64,000 bases of DNA from an uncultured Clostridia bacterium (GCA_947626065.1 CANQQT010000005.1:12252-76251); one strand, 5' to 3'. Shown: positions 34,886 through 46,894, numbered from the stretch's first letter. Numbers and translations: made by a program. Notes: generated by a model not told the origin, from the sequence alone.

Positions 34886-35584
34886 ATGTCGCTGATCGCC
34901 TGTGACCGCCTGACCCTCTCCTATGACGGGAGGCCGGTTCTTTCGGAGCTTTCCTTTGCCGTCGAGCCGGGGGAATATCTCATCATCGTCGGGGAGAACG
35001 GCTCCGGAAAAAGTACGCTTATCAAGGCCCTTCTCGGGCTGAAAGCCCCCTCCGCCGGGCAAATCGTCTACGGGGACGGGCTGAAAAGCCGGGAAATCGG
35101 CTATCTTCCGCAGAGAATCGAGCTGCAAAAGGACTTCCCCGCCTCGGTGCGCGAGGTCATTCTCTCGGGCTGTCTGAACCGGCACGGCCTCTTTTCCCGC
35201 TACAGCGAGGCCGACCGGAGAGACGCCGCCTTTCAGGCGGAGCGCCTCGGCATTGCCGGGCTGAAAAACCGGAGCTTTTCGGAGCTTTCGGGAGGACAGC
35301 AGCAGCGGGTGCTTTTGGCGCGCGCCCTCTGCGCGGCGAAAAAGATGATCCTTCTTGACGAGCCGGCGGCGGGACTTGACCCGGAGGCCACGGCGGAATT
35401 TTATGAAATTTTAAAGAAGCTCCACCGGGAGGGTGTCACCGTCGTCATGGTCTCCCACGACCTGCTCGCCGCCGTCCGCTATGCCTCGCGGATTCTTCGG
35501 ATCGGAAACGGCGGCTGTGCCTCCTTTTCCCCGGAGGAATTCCGGAAAACCCTTTCGGGAAGCGAAGGGAGGGCCTGCCCGTGA
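34886..35584 (+). CDS. znuC: Metal (Zn/Mn-type) ABC transporter ATP-binding protein
   Basis: Starts MSLIACDRLTLSY. Walker A is GENGSGKST, the signature is LSGGQQQR, and Walker B is ILLDEP. I chose the start at ATG 34886, because the track ORF extension from 34604 runs through the repeats. Confidence 0.85.
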   Translation: MSLIACDRLTLSYDGRPVLSELSFAVEPGEYLIIVGENGSGKSTLIKALLGLKAPSAGQIVYGDGLKSREIGYLPQRIELQKDFPASVREVILSGCLNRHGLFSRYSEADRRDAAFQAERLGIAGLKNRSFSELSGGQQQRVLLARALCAAKKMILLDEPAAGLDPEATAEFYEILKKLHREGVTVVMVSHDLLAAVRYASRILRIGNGGCASFSPEEFRKTLSGSEGRACP

Positions 35585-36426
35585 GCGCTTTTCTTTCCTC
35601 TCTTCGGGAGATGTTCTCCCTTTCCTTCATGGTCTACGCGCTTCTATCCGGCATTTTTATTTCGGTCTGCGCTTCCCTGCTCGGCGTCAGCCTCGTGTTG
35701 AAGCGCTTTTCGATGATTGGGGACGGGCTTTCCCATGTGGCTTTCGGAACTCTTGCCGTGGCAACGGCCATGAACGTCGCCCCGCTGAAGCTGTCGGTTC
35801 CCGTCGTCATCGCCTCCGCCTTCCTGCTCCTCCGCCTGAACGAAAAGGGGAAGCTGAAAGGGGACGCCATGATCGCCCTGATTTCGACGAGCTCCCTCGC
35901 CGTCGGCGCGATGGCGGTCTCCCTCTCCTCCGGGATGAACATCGACATTTACAATTATATGTTCGGGAGCATTCTCACCCTCTCGCGGGGGGACGTCCTT
36001 CTCAGCGCCGCCCTCGCCGCCGTGGTGATTCCCTCCTATCGGATTCTCTACAACAAAATTTTCACCGTCACCTTCGACGGGGACTTTGCGCGAGCCACCG
36101 GCATCCGAACCGGCCTGTATGACACCGTTCTCGCGGTCTTCACCGCCCTGACGATCGTCCTCGGAATGCGCTTTATGGGGACGCTCCTCATTTCGGCGCT
36201 TGTCGTCTTCCCGCCGCTCACCTCCATGAGGCTCTTCAAGAGCTTTCGCGGCGTGGTGCTCTGCTCAGCGCTTCTCCCGGTCGTCAGCTTCCTGTCGGGG
36301 CTTCTTATCTCCTACTTTTTCTCTACCCCGCCCGGCGCCAGCGTCGTCTGCGTCAGCCTTCTCCTCTTCCTCCTTTTCTCCCTTCTCGGAAAGATCGTCC
36401 GGCGAGAGAAGAAGCAGGAAAAGTAG
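35581..36426 (+). CDS. znuB: Metal ABC transporter permease (ABC-3 family)
   Basis: 281 aa, multi-TM. Contains KRFSMIGDGLSHVAFG. Its GTG start overlaps the znuC stop (GTGA). Confidence 0.85.
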   Translation: MSAFLSSLREMFSLSFMVYALLSGIFISVCASLLGVSLVLKRFSMIGDGLSHVAFGTLAVATAMNVAPLKLSVPVVIASAFLLLRLNEKGKLKGDAMIALISTSSLAVGAMAVSLSSGMNIDIYNYMFGSILTLSRGDVLLSAALAAVVIPSYRILYNKIFTVTFDGDFARATGIRTGLYDTVLAVFTALTIVLGMRFMGTLLISALVVFPPLTSMRLFKSFRGVVLCSALLPVVSFLSGLLISYFFSTPPGASVVCVSLLLFLLFSLLGKIVRREKKQEK

Positions 36427-36642
36427 AACCGGGGCCGAATTTCGGAAGAAGGCGATTCTTTTTTCCGTTCCCAAACGGGACGGCAAGGGGCTTGCCTTCT
36501 TTAATAAATTTTCTACATCCTCCAAAATTCCGCGTCATTATAGACAAAGTCTGCTTTTCTGATATCGGGAAAATTATCTATCGAATACCCAAGCGGAAGC
36601 CATTCCATATCAGGACTTCTTCTCCCGTTGCCTACGAAAAAA

Positions 36643-36680
36643 GCGGCACAGAAAGTGTTTTCACTCTCTGTGCCGCCTTT
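36643..36680. terminator. Bidirectional terminator between znuB and rubrerythrin
   Basis: GCGGCACAGA-14 nt-TCTGTGCCGC, flanked by an A6 run and a T-run. Confidence 0.6.
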
Positions 36681-36864
36681 TGCATTTTCTTGCCCCTCGC
36701 GGCGGCGTTTGGTACGGTATCAAGACTCCTTATGCGTCGGCGAGAAGCACCGCCGACAGCATTTTTCCCTTGTCGCCGCGCCGAGATTCGTTTCCTCATC
36801 TCAAGAGGAAAAGGTTCGGGACAGAGGCACACGGGCTGTCGGAATCCCGGCTTCCCGGCGCTTC

Positions 36865-37401
36865 TCAGTAGTTCTCTTTTCTTACCTCAAAGTAGCTTCT
36901 CGGATGAGCGCAGACGGGGCAGACCTCGGGGGCCTTCTTGCCGATGACCAGATGTCCGCAGTTGCGGCACTCCCACATCGTCTCCTCGCTCTTCTCGAAA
37001 ACCTTCTGCATTTCGACGTTGTTGAGCAGGGCGCGGTACCGCTCTTCGTGCGATTTTTCAATCGCGCCGACGCGGCGGAATTTCTCGGCCAGCTCGTCGA
37101 AGCCTTCCTCCTCGGCGTCTTTGGCGAAGGACTCGTACATATCGGTCCATTCGTAGTTCTCGCCGGCGGCGGCCGCCGCCAGATTCTCGGCGGTATTTCC
37201 CAGCTCTCCCAGCGCCTTGAACCACATTTTGGCGTGTTCCTTCTCGTTGTCCGCCGTCTTCAGAAAAATTTCGCTGATCTGCTCGTAGCCTTCCTTTTTG
37301 GCGACGCTCGCAAAATACGTATACTTGTTTCTCGCCTGGCTCTCTCCCGCAAAGGCCGCCAGCAGATTTGCCTCGGTTTTGGTTCCCTTCAGTTCTTTCA
37401 T
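36865..37401 (-). CDS. rbr: Rubrerythrin
   Basis: The ferritin-like N-terminal domain contains [12 protein letters not shown] and NEKEHAKMW. The C-terminal rubredoxin-like part has CRNC...CPVC. ATG 37401 follows GGGAGGA. Confidence 0.9.
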   Translation of the reverse strand: MKELKGTKTEANLLAAFAGESQARNKYTYFASVAKKEGYEQISEIFLKTADNEKEHAKMWFKALGELGNTAENLAAAAAGENYEWTDMYESFAKDAEEEGFDELAEKFRRVGAIEKSHEERYRALLNNVEMQKVFEKSEETMWECRNCGHLVIGKKAPEVCPVCAHPRSYFEVRKENY

Positions 37402-37580
37402 CAAAGTATCCTCCCTGTTTTTTAATTTTTCCGGAGAGCCTTCTCCGATTGTAAACGGTAAAAAGCGAACCGAACCGGATATTCCGGAAGAGCAGCCACA
37501 CGTTCCGCGGGCTGCTCCTCTTTTTTAGATTCGGTTCAATAGGGATGCCTGAGCGACAGGCGACGACTACGGTCTTCCCC

Positions 37581-37644
37581 GCTTGCGGTTTCGTCCGTTT
37601 GCGATTTCGCTCGCTTGCGGTTTCGTCAGCTTGCGGTTTCGCTC
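37581..37644. repeat. Four tandem copies of a 16-nt unit, GCTTGCGGTTTCGYYM
   Basis: Units are at 37581, 37597, 37613 and 37629. Confidence 0.8.
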
Positions 37645-37677
37645 GCAGTTCTTACCCGCCGCCCGGATGACCGCTTA

Positions 37678-39504
37678 TCAGGCTGTCGGCGCGCAGGCCT
37701 CGTACCACGCCATATACTGTGCATACGGCGAATCGAGGTTCTTACCGTCGGTCAGCTGCTTGTAGCATTCCTCTTCTTCAAACTGACGGCGGAGCTGTCT
37801 TGCGTAATCGGCCAAAGTCATCAGACCCTGCTCGTCTTCGTATTCTTCAAACTCATTCAAAAGATCGAAGTACTTCTTGCTGGTCTCAATGACGTCCTGC
37901 ATGATTTCTTCTGTGTACTTGTAGGGATATTCAAAGGTGAAGGTTTCCTCGTCGTAGGTTCCTTCCTCCTTGGCGGCCTCAACGGCGGCCTTATAGAGCA
38001 GAGAATCGGTCTTGTAATTCTCTTCCGTGATATACCGGAAATCGAAGAGCGCGTAGGGGCTGTAGGTGGTGTCGGCGTTCTGCTTCTTTCCGAGCTCCCA
38101 GTCGTTCTCCGCGAGCTTCAGCATCGCGGGATCCATCGAGCTACTGGGGGTGAGCCGGAAGAGGTTACCGGTATCGCGGTAATCCATCGAATAACTGTCG
38201 TTGAGAATGTTCACCAGTCCCGTGTAGGGATCGATTTCAAAGTTGACGCCCTCCACTCCGTACTGGAAAATGTTGTGGAATTCGGTGTCGGTCTGGAGCG
38301 CGGTGATGATTTCCATACTGCGCTTCATATCCATCGTGTAGGCGCTGACGCAGAACATCGTACCGGGGCGGTCGGAGGCGGTGGCGTGGGGCTTTGCGTA
38401 GGTGATTACGTAGTAATCGTCCTCATACTCCGCGGGAAGTGCCGCGTTGCCCTTGAGGAAGGCGGCCGCGATCTTCGGCTCTTCCCCGTTCTCTCCCTCC
38501 GGCAGGCTGTAATAGTCGCCCTCGGTGATGTAGTTCGCCTTCCGGTAGTTGTAAACCTGCTGGTAGTAGTCGACGAAGTTGGAGGTATCGGCAAGCAGAT
38601 GGGTTCTGAGGGAAGCGCGGGCGAGCATATTGGTCGCTTGGTTGACCACGATTCCACAGAGAGACGGCTCGTCGGTGACGTATTCGACGTTGAGAACCGG
38701 CATATTGTACAGCGGGATATAGTCGGTATCGTTCTTCGCCACGTCGTCAAGGAAGTTGGCAAGGGTTTTCAACGTCTTTACGTCGTCCGCCGAATAGTAA
38801 TACTTGGCGGCCAGCTCCTTGTTGACGAGGAGGTAGGTGTATTCGCCGCAGACGATATTGTTGGGAATCGCATAGGTAGTTCCGGTGACGGTGGTGGTTT
38901 CAAGGTTCCACTTGCCGCCGAGAATACCCATCATCAGCGTCTGGGGAGCCAGATACTTTTTCAGAATCTGCGCGCGATCCTTCAGCGCGTCGTCAAGGGA
39001 GGAGAGATACTCCGCCTGATAGTAACGGTTCAGGTTCGCGGCGCCGCGCACCATGAAGATATCCAGCTGAGAATCCTTCTCATCGGGATAGATCGCCTTG
39101 GAAACGCCGTTTTCAACGTAGGTCTCCACCGCTTCGCCGGTCTGTGCCTCCGTCGTCGCGGAAGCGCCGCCTCCCGGCTTCTTCTTGTTCGCCGCTTCCT
39201 CTTCGGAACGCTTCTTTACTTCGGCGAGCTTCTCGTCCATCACCTTGTCGTATTCCGCCTCAGGATAGAGGTGAAGGACGATGTGGGTATTGTATTTTCC
39301 TTCCGTGAAGGCGTTCATGGCGTCCTGAACCGCAAGAATCGCTTCCTCTGTCGTGGAATCGCCTGTGATTCCGTAGAGGTTCAGGGTAAGCGGCTTTGTG
39401 GTTCCGCCGGATTCGGCGTCGTCATCGTCCCCGCCGCCGCATCCCGCAAGGAGAGGCAGAACACAGAGAAGGGAGATAAGAAGGCATAGAATTTTCTTTT
39501 TCAT
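37678..39504 (-). CDS. Large (608 aa) extracellular solute-binding lipoprotein (ABC sugar-binding family 1-like)
   Basis: Starts MKKKILCLLISLLCVLPLLAGC (lipobox), then a Gly/Asp linker. The overall pattern matches the large LplA-type binding proteins. No permease genes are adjacent. Confidence 0.75.
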   Translation of the reverse strand: MKKKILCLLISLLCVLPLLAGCGGGDDDDAESGGTTKPLTLNLYGITGDSTTEEAILAVQDAMNAFTEGKYNTHIVLHLYPEAEYDKVMDEKLAEVKKRSEEEAANKKKPGGGASATTEAQTGEAVETYVENGVSKAIYPDEKDSQLDIFMVRGAANLNRYYQAEYLSSLDDALKDRAQILKKYLAPQTLMMGILGGKWNLETTTVTGTTYAIPNNIVCGEYTYLLVNKELAAKYYYSADDVKTLKTLANFLDDVAKNDTDYIPLYNMPVLNVEYVTDEPSLCGIVVNQATNMLARASLRTHLLADTSNFVDYYQQVYNYRKANYITEGDYYSLPEGENGEEPKIAAAFLKGNAALPAEYEDDYYVITYAKPHATASDRPGTMFCVSAYTMDMKRSMEIITALQTDTEFHNIFQYGVEGVNFEIDPYTGLVNILNDSYSMDYRDTGNLFRLTPSSSMDPAMLKLAENDWELGKKQNADTTYSPYALFDFRYITEENYKTDSLLYKAAVEAAKEEGTYDEETFTFEYPYKYTEEIMQDVIETSKKYFDLLNEFEEYEDEQGLMTLADYARQLRRQFEEEECYKQLTDGKNLDSPYAQYMAWYEACAPTA

Positions 39505-39562
39505 GGGTTCCTCCTGAAAAACGGACGTAATCTTTTACGCTTGCATAAATCAAGTTATAATT

Positions 39563-39591
39563 ATTTTACACCATACCGCGCGGGAAATCAA
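39563..39591 (-). promoter_or_regulatory. Promoter of the 608-aa binding-protein gene
   Basis: Minus strand reads TTGATT, then 17 nt, then TAAAAT. Confidence 0.65.
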
Positions 39592-39766
39592 GTTTTTTTT
39601 ATGAACGAATCGCGCCGATTTTTCGCGAAGCGGGTTTTTGATGAAAAATCGAGGGAATAATTCACTGTTTTTGAAAGGTTCACCGTCGCATTCTTGTGCA
39701 CAATTCGCTTTATATGCGTCATGTCGCACAAAAATCCGGATGTAATTTTATTACCTTATCACAAAC

Positions 39767-40929
<1,163 letters not shown>

Positions 40930-40930
<1 letters not shown>

Positions 40931-42681
40931 CAGCCCGACTCCTGTGTTTTTTTGGCCGCACGCTTGTTGGCAATCAGCTCTTCCAGCGTAGCGGTTTTCT
41001 TTTCCCGATTCTTCCTCAGCTTTTCCACGCACTGACTCAAGACCTTCATCCCGTTGTCGGTGAGGCTCTGCCTTACCGTCATGTTCCGGACGATACGGGA
41101 GATTTCCTCGGTGGAAAAGCCGTCATCAAGGAGACCGACGTCAAAGCCGCTCCCCAGCTCCAACATTTTTTCGTAAACCCTCCGGTTAAAGGCGGTGACG
41201 AAATCGTCGGGGGAAAGCTTCAGCTCCCCCTCCGCGACCTCGGGGATCCGTTCGGGGTAAAGGGCCAGAATGCCGAGAATCGCGTCCTCGGCGCCCGCGG
41301 CCCCGACGCTTTTCAGCCGATCGGGATTGACGCGATCCCCGTACCCTTCGGCATTCCTCATCACGGAGGCCTCCCACTCCCGCTTTTCCTTTCCGCCCCG
41401 CCGGGCGGCCTCCCTCTTTACGTCGTTTTTCAGGCTTTCATAGGGAATTTCGAGCCTTTCGCTCACCTGCCGAATGCAGACGTCCTTTTCGACCTCCGAG
41501 CTTATCCCGCAGAGCTCAGCCGCCATATCGGCCGCCGCCTTGATTCTGCCGTCGGCCGTTGTCGTATCGTAGCGGGCGAGGACGGAGGAAAAGAGGAAGT
41601 CAAAGCGGGTCCGGCTTCCGGTAAGCAGACGGGAAAAGGCCTCTTTTCCGTTTTTCCGGATAAATTCGTCGGGATCCTTCGCGCCCTCCACCTTGAGAAC
41701 CCTCGCCTCAAGCCCCACCTCTCGGAAGAGGCCGAAGGCCTTATCGACCGCCTTCTGCCCGGCGGCGTCGGCGTCATAGGAGATCACGACCGATTTGGTA
41801 TATTTCTTCATCAGCCGGACCTGATCGGCGGTAAGCGCCGTCCCGCAGGAGGCGACGGCGGAGGTAAAGCCCGCGCCGTGAAGGGAAACGACGTCCATAT
41901 AGCCCTCGCAGAGAATCATCTGCTCGGCGCAGACGTTCTTGGCAAAATTCAGGGCGAAGAGATTCCGCCGCTTGTTGAAAACCGGCGTGTCGGAGGTGTT
42001 GATGTACTTCGGCTCGTCCTTCCCCTCGGACACCGTCCGGCCTCCGAAGGCGACGATATCCCCCTTCACGTCGATGACCGGAAACATCAGCCGGTTGCGG
42101 AAAATATCGTAGGATCTGCCGTTTTTCTTGCTGACCGAACAGAGAAACCCGACCTTCATTTCTTCCTTCGTATAGCCGAGGGAGGAGAGATGAGAGGCGA
42201 GGGAATCGAAGCTGTTCTCGGCAAAGCCGATGCCAAAATGGCGCACCAGCGCCTGTCCGAGCCCCCGTTTTTCAAGATACGCCTGCCCCGCGCGGCTCTT
42301 TTTCAGGGCCTCGTGAAAGAAGCGGGCGGCGTCGCGGTTCATCGCTAAAATTCGGTCGCGGCGGGGGCCGGAATCGTAGTGGACGTTCCCCTCTTCCGGA
42401 AGGGTGATTCCCGCACGCCGGGCAAGGAAACGGGCGGCCTCGACGTAATCGAGGTTCTCAATGCGGCGGATGAAGGAAATCACGTCTCCGGCGGCCCCAC
42501 AGCCGAAGCAGTAAAAGCTCTTGGTGCCGGTAAAAACGGTAAAGGAAGGCGTTTTTTCGCTGTGAAAGGGGCAAAGGCCGACGAGATTCGTCCCTGCCCG
42601 TTTCAGAGGAACGTAGCCTTCAATCACTTCTTCAATCCCGTTGCGGTATTTGATTTCTTCAATCACCTGCGCCGGTATCAT
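40930..42681 (-). CDS. dnaG: DNA primase
   Basis: Contains the zinc ribbon [19 protein letters not shown] and the TOPRIM motif LCEGYMDV. Start at ATG 42681 after GGAGGGG. Confidence 0.9.
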
Positions 42682-42921
42682 TTCTTCCCCTCCTTCCGTC
42701 TGTTTTCCCGCCGGGTGCGGCGCACCCGAAGCGAATGGCAAATCCCTGTAGGCGACCCTTCCTCAGATAAATTTAGAAGCCGCGCGGCGTTTCTTCCCGT
42801 CGGCAAAGGCTCCTTTTCGGCGGGTTTGAAAGGCCCCTGCGGGCCTCCGCTACCGACAAGAACGATTCTCCGGCGGGCAGGAACCCGCGCGGGCGCCTTC
42901 CCCGTGTGAGAAGCAGTCTTT

Positions 42922-43908
42922 TCAGCCCCGCCACGGGTCGGGAATAAAGAGCTTTTTGTAAAGGTTGACCGCGTACCGGTCGGTCATACCGGAAATGTAA
43001 TCGCAGACCGCCCGTCCCACCGACTCCTCCTTTGCCGTCTGGAGGTATTCGCGCGGGAGCTTTTCCGGCTCTTTGAGGAAAAATTCGTAGAGCCTCTCAA
43101 GCATGGCCTCCGCCTTGCTCTCCTCTCCCTTGGCGACGGGATTCCGATAGACGGCGTCGAACAGGAAGGAATGAAGCCGGTCGGTGAGGCCCCGGATTTC
43201 CTCCTCCATGAGAATATCATTCTTCCCTTCGCTGGCCCGGATGATGCTGGACACCATCGTATTGATGCGCTCCCCGTGGGTATCCCCCAGTCCCTGCCGA
43301 AGCGGGAGCGGAATATCCTCCGGGTGAAGAATCCCGGCGCGGCAGGCGTCGTCGATGTCGTGATTGATGTAGGCGATGTGGTCGGCCTCGAGGATGATCC
43401 GGCCCTCCAGCGTTTCCGCCCCGCCGAGGGTATGGTGAAGAATGCCGTCCCGCACCTCGTAGGTCAGATTCAGCTTTTCGAGCTTTTCCACCACGCGGAT
43501 GCTCTGCTCGTAATGGGCAAAGGAGGGGTCAAAGCAGCGCCTGAGTACCCGTTCTCCGGCGTGTCCGAAGGGGGTATGTCCGAGGTCGTGGCCGAGGGCG
43601 ATGGCCTCGCTGAGATCCTCGTTCAGCCGAAGCGCCCGGGCAATCGTGCGGGCAATCTGACTGACCTCCAGCGTGTGGGTAAGGCGGGTACGGTAGTGGT
43701 CGTCCTCCGGCGACAAAAAGACCTGCGTCTTGTGCATCAACCGCCGGAAGGCCTTGGAGTGGATGATCCGGTCGCGGTCGCGCTGAAATTCCCCGCGCAG
43801 ATCGCAGGGACGAATCGGGAAATCCCGCCCCTTGGTGTTTTCGGTGAGGAAGGCAAACTCCGACAGCGTCTGCCGCTCCCTTTCATAGAGCATTTCGCGT
43901 GCCGTCAT
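42922..43908 (-). CDS. dgt: dGTP triphosphohydrolase-like HD-domain protein
   Basis: Contains RTRLTHTLEVSQIAR and GHDLGHTPFGHAGE. Start at ATG 43908 after GGAGGAAAG. Confidence 0.85.
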   Translation of the reverse strand: MTAREMLYERERQTLSEFAFLTENTKGRDFPIRPCDLRGEFQRDRDRIIHSKAFRRLMHKTQVFLSPEDDHYRTRLTHTLEVSQIARTIARALRLNEDLSEAIALGHDLGHTPFGHAGERVLRRCFDPSFAHYEQSIRVVEKLEKLNLTYEVRDGILHHTLGGAETLEGRIILEADHIAYINHDIDDACRAGILHPEDIPLPLRQGLGDTHGERINTMVSSIIRASEGKNDILMEEEIRGLTDRLHSFLFDAVYRNPVAKGEESKAEAMLERLYEFFLKEPEKLPREYLQTAKEESVGRAVCDYISGMTDRYAVNLYKKLFIPDPWRG

Positions 43909-44049
43909 TCTCTTTCCTCCTCCCGACAAAGCGCGCGTCGGCAATTTCCGACAGAAAATCCGACGCGGTACGAAATTTCCGAGGCCTATAAAGATTCATA
44001 GAATAATATACGCAAAAAATCGGAAAAATCCTTTTTTTCTCTTTTTCTC

Positions 44050-44679
44050 TCAGCCCTTGCAAATCCGGTCAAATCTTGTCCCCTTGACGGAAAGGGACAC
44101 GCGGCCCGCCGTCAGCTCCTTTACCTCCTCCGCGAAGGCCGGGAAATCCTCCTCCGGCAGAGCCAGCGACAGAGAGACGTTTTCCGCATATTCGATGCCG
44201 TCGGAAATCACCCGGTCGGAGGAAAGAAGCGGCCCGAGCTTCCCACGGTCGGAATAGGAGCAGGTAAGGAGCACCTCCGTAAAGGTGCGGTAGGTCACGA
44301 TTCCCGCGGCGTCGACCGCGAGCTTGGCCGCCGCCGAATAGGCCCGAACCAGTCCGCCCGCGCCGAGAAGAATCCCACCGAAAACCCTGCTCACGGCGAT
44401 CACAGCGTCGGAAAAGCCGCCCTTCCGAATGACGTCGAGAACCGGAACGCCGGCGCTTCCCTGCGGCTCCCCGTCGTCGGAACAGCGGGCGATCCCGCCC
44501 GTGCCGAGAAGATAGGCGTAAACGGTGTGCCTTGCCTCCGGGTGCTTTTTCCGCACCTCTTCCACAAAGGCCTGCGCCTCCGCCTCACTCTCCACCGGCG
44601 CGGCATACCCGCGAAAAATCGACTTTTTTTCGACCAGCTCCGACGAGGCGCTTTTGCCTAATGTTATCTTTTCCGACAT
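44050..44679 (-). CDS. yigZ: YigZ/IMPACT-family protein
   Basis: 209 aa. Contains KKSIFRGYAAPV, ARHTVYAY and DDGEPQGSAG. Confidence 0.8.
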   Translation of the reverse strand: MSEKITLGKSASSELVEKKSIFRGYAAPVESEAEAQAFVEEVRKKHPEARHTVYAYLLGTGGIARCSDDGEPQGSAGVPVLDVIRKGGFSDAVIAVSRVFGGILLGAGGLVRAYSAAAKLAVDAAGIVTYRTFTEVLLTCSYSDRGKLGPLLSSDRVISDGIEYAENVSLSLALPEEDFPAFAEEVKELTAGRVSLSVKGTRFDRICKG

Positions 44680-44825
44680 TCTTTTTCCCTCCCCTCGACC
44701 TTTTCCGAAAAATTTCCGGGAATCCCTTCACGAAGGCTCCCGCCGTTCGATTCCTCGTCCGGCCCTTCGTTCGATTCTCCGTTCGTTTTTCCGTAAAATT
44801 CTTTGTTCCGTCTTGCCCGGATTCT

Positions 44826-46208
44826 CTATTCTTCGTCCGGATTCCCGTCCGATTCCTCGTCGGTTTCGTCGGTTTCCCCGCCCGGGCCTCCGCTCGGCGC
44901 CAGCCATTCGCGGAAACGCCCGCGGGTCTTGCTGTCGCAAATCGCCTCGATGACGGTATTTTCTCCTTCCACCGTCAGGCTCTCCACCTTCGCACTCCTG
45001 TAAAGCTTCGCGACAAGATCCTGCCTTGTCAGGGGAATGGTCAGGGTGACCCGGGCCGTCTTCTCGTTCACCAGCTCCTGAAGCCTTCCGACCAGCTCCG
45101 GGACGCCTTCCCCGGTCATCGCCGAAAGATAGAAGACGTTTTCCTTCGGGAGGCTCGCGGGAGGATGCGGCAGTGCCTCCGCCTCCCGGTCGCATTTGTT
45201 GAAGACGCAGAGCGTCGGCTTGTCTGCCGCGCCGAGCTCCTCAAGGAGTTCCTGCGTCACCTCCAGCTGATTTTCCGCCTCCCGGTCTGAGGCGTCGGTC
45301 ATCATGAGGATGATATCCGCATAGACCGCCTCGTCGAGGGTGGAGCGAAAGGCACGGATCAGATGGTGCGGCAGATTTCGGATAAAGCCGACGGTATCGA
45401 CCAAAAGAAGCTCGGATCCGTCGGGCAGAAGAAAACGGCGGGCCGTCGGGTCGAGCGTGGCGAAGAGCTTATCCTCCGAAAGGACGCCGGCCGCCGTCAG
45501 CCGGTTCAGAAGCGTGGACTTCCCGGCGTTCGTATAGCCGACAATCGCCACCTTGCAGATCCCCGAGCGCTCGCGCTGGCGGCGCTGGGTCTCGCGGCGG
45601 CGGTCGAGAAGGGCAAGCTCCTCCTCAAGCTGAACCATCCGGCGGCGGATATGCCTGCGGTCGGTTTCCAGCTTGGTCTCGCCGGGCCCCCGCATGGCGA
45701 TGCTTCCGCCCTGCTGGCGGGAAAGCGCCGTTCCCTGCCCGATGAGGCGCGGCACGGTATATTTCAGCTGGGCGAGCTCCACCTGCAGCTTTCCTTCTGC
45801 GGAAAGGGCGTGGAGCGCGAAGATATCAAGGATCAGCATACTCCTGTCGATCACCCGCACCGACGTCTCGGGATCGCCGCTGTCAAGGGCGTCCTCGATG
45901 TTGCGGATTTTGGAAGGGGAAAGCTCGGAATCGCAGACGGCAAGGGTGATGCCCTCATTGCGGCAGAGATCGGCCAGCTCACGGATTTTGCCCCTCCCGA
46001 GAAAGGTGCTTCCGTCGGGGGTTTTACGGGTCTGCGTCATCCGGATAACCGCCTCCCCGCCCGCCGTTTCAACCAGCCGTTCCAGCTCGTCAAGCGACGC
46101 CTCGCAGGCCTCCGGCGGATTGTCCGGCGTAATCAGACCGAGAAGCGCGACGCGTTCCTTCGTCGGTTTGTCCCCGAAAAATTCCTCTGTTTTTTCTGTT
46201 TCCAACAT
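44826..46208 (-). CDS. hflX: GTPase HflX
   Basis: Contains GPGETKLETDRR and the G1 motif GYTNAGKSTL. Start at ATG 46208 after GGAAGGAGG. Confidence 0.9.
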   Translation of the reverse strand: MLETEKTEEFFGDKPTKERVALLGLITPDNPPEACEASLDELERLVETAGGEAVIRMTQTRKTPDGSTFLGRGKIRELADLCRNEGITLAVCDSELSPSKIRNIEDALDSGDPETSVRVIDRSMLILDIFALHALSAEGKLQVELAQLKYTVPRLIGQGTALSRQQGGSIAMRGPGETKLETDRRHIRRRMVQLEEELALLDRRRETQRRQRERSGICKVAIVGYTNAGKSTLLNRLTAAGVLSEDKLFATLDPTARRFLLPDGSELLLVDTVGFIRNLPHHLIRAFRSTLDEAVYADIILMMTDASDREAENQLEVTQELLEELGAADKPTLCVFNKCDREAEALPHPPASLPKENVFYLSAMTGEGVPELVGRLQELVNEKTARVTLTIPLTRQDLVAKLYRSAKVESLTVEGENTVIEAICDSKTRGRFREWLAPSGGPGGETDETDEESDGNPDEE

Positions 46209-46319
46209 TTTTCCTCCTTCCTGCCGGTTTTCCCTCAAATTCTTCAGGAAAGCCGGGCTCCGGTACGCCAAATTCCACCTCCTAACGGGGTGAAAAGACG
46301 CGTTTTGCTCTTTCTTTCG

Positions 46320-46359
46320 ACAGAAAGAAACGGCGCAGACCCTTCACCGGTTCTGCGCC
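46320..46359 (-). terminator. Terminator after rpmE
   Basis: Minus sense reads GGCGCAGA-12 nt-TCTGCGCC followed by GTTTCTTTCT. Confidence 0.65.
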
Positions 46360-46427
46360 GCATTCCTTCCTGAATCCCTTTTCTCCTGAACAGTCGGGAG
46401 GCCGGTTTGGGCGGCCATATCCGACGA

Positions 46428-46637
46428 TTATTTTCCGGAGGCTTTCAGACGCTTCTTATTGAATTTATCCACACGTCCGCCGGTGTCGACAAGCTTCTGC
46501 TTACCGGTAAAATACGGATGGCACTTGGAACAAACTTCAACGCGGATGCTGTCCTTAGTGGAGCGGGTCACGAATTCTTCGCCGCAAGCACATTTTACGG
46601 TGACTTCTTTGTATTCGGGATGGATTCCTGCTTTCAT
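46428..46637 (-). CDS. rpmE: 50S ribosomal protein L31 (Zn-ribbon C+ form)
   Basis: Starts [22 protein letters not shown], followed later by [13 protein letters not shown]. Start at ATG 46637. Confidence 0.95.
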   Translation of the reverse strand: MKAGIHPEYKEVTVKCACGEEFVTRSTKDSIRVEVCSKCHPYFTGKQKLVDTGGRVDKFNKKRLKASGK

Positions 46638-46676
46638 TATAGGCACCTCTTCTCCTTGAAATTCAAATTACAGATT

Positions 46677-46705
46677 ATTATAGCACATTCTTTGACGATA
46701 TGCAA
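46677..46705 (-). promoter_or_regulatory. rpmE promoter
   Basis: Minus strand reads TTGCAT, then 17 nt, then TATAAT, with a TGc extended -10. Confidence 0.7.
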
Positions 46706-46855
46706 GAGCTTTTTGAAAAAAAGACGAATTTTTGAAGAAAAAAACCGCCGGGAGACCGCTACGGGGGCAAAAATCCCACGCTTTCCGCCGCCGGGGCCCG
46801 TTTGGAGCGGGATTCCCCGCGTCCCCGCCGGGGGATTGTCTTTCGTTTCCCCTTT

Positions 46856-46894
46856 TCAAGAAAATCCCCTCCGCGTTCTCCGCGAAGGGGATTT
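46856..46894 (-). terminator. Terminator after the alpha-galactosidase gene
   Basis: Minus sense reads AAATCCCCTTCGCG-gagaa-CGCGGAGGGGATTT followed by TCTTG. Confidence 0.55.
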
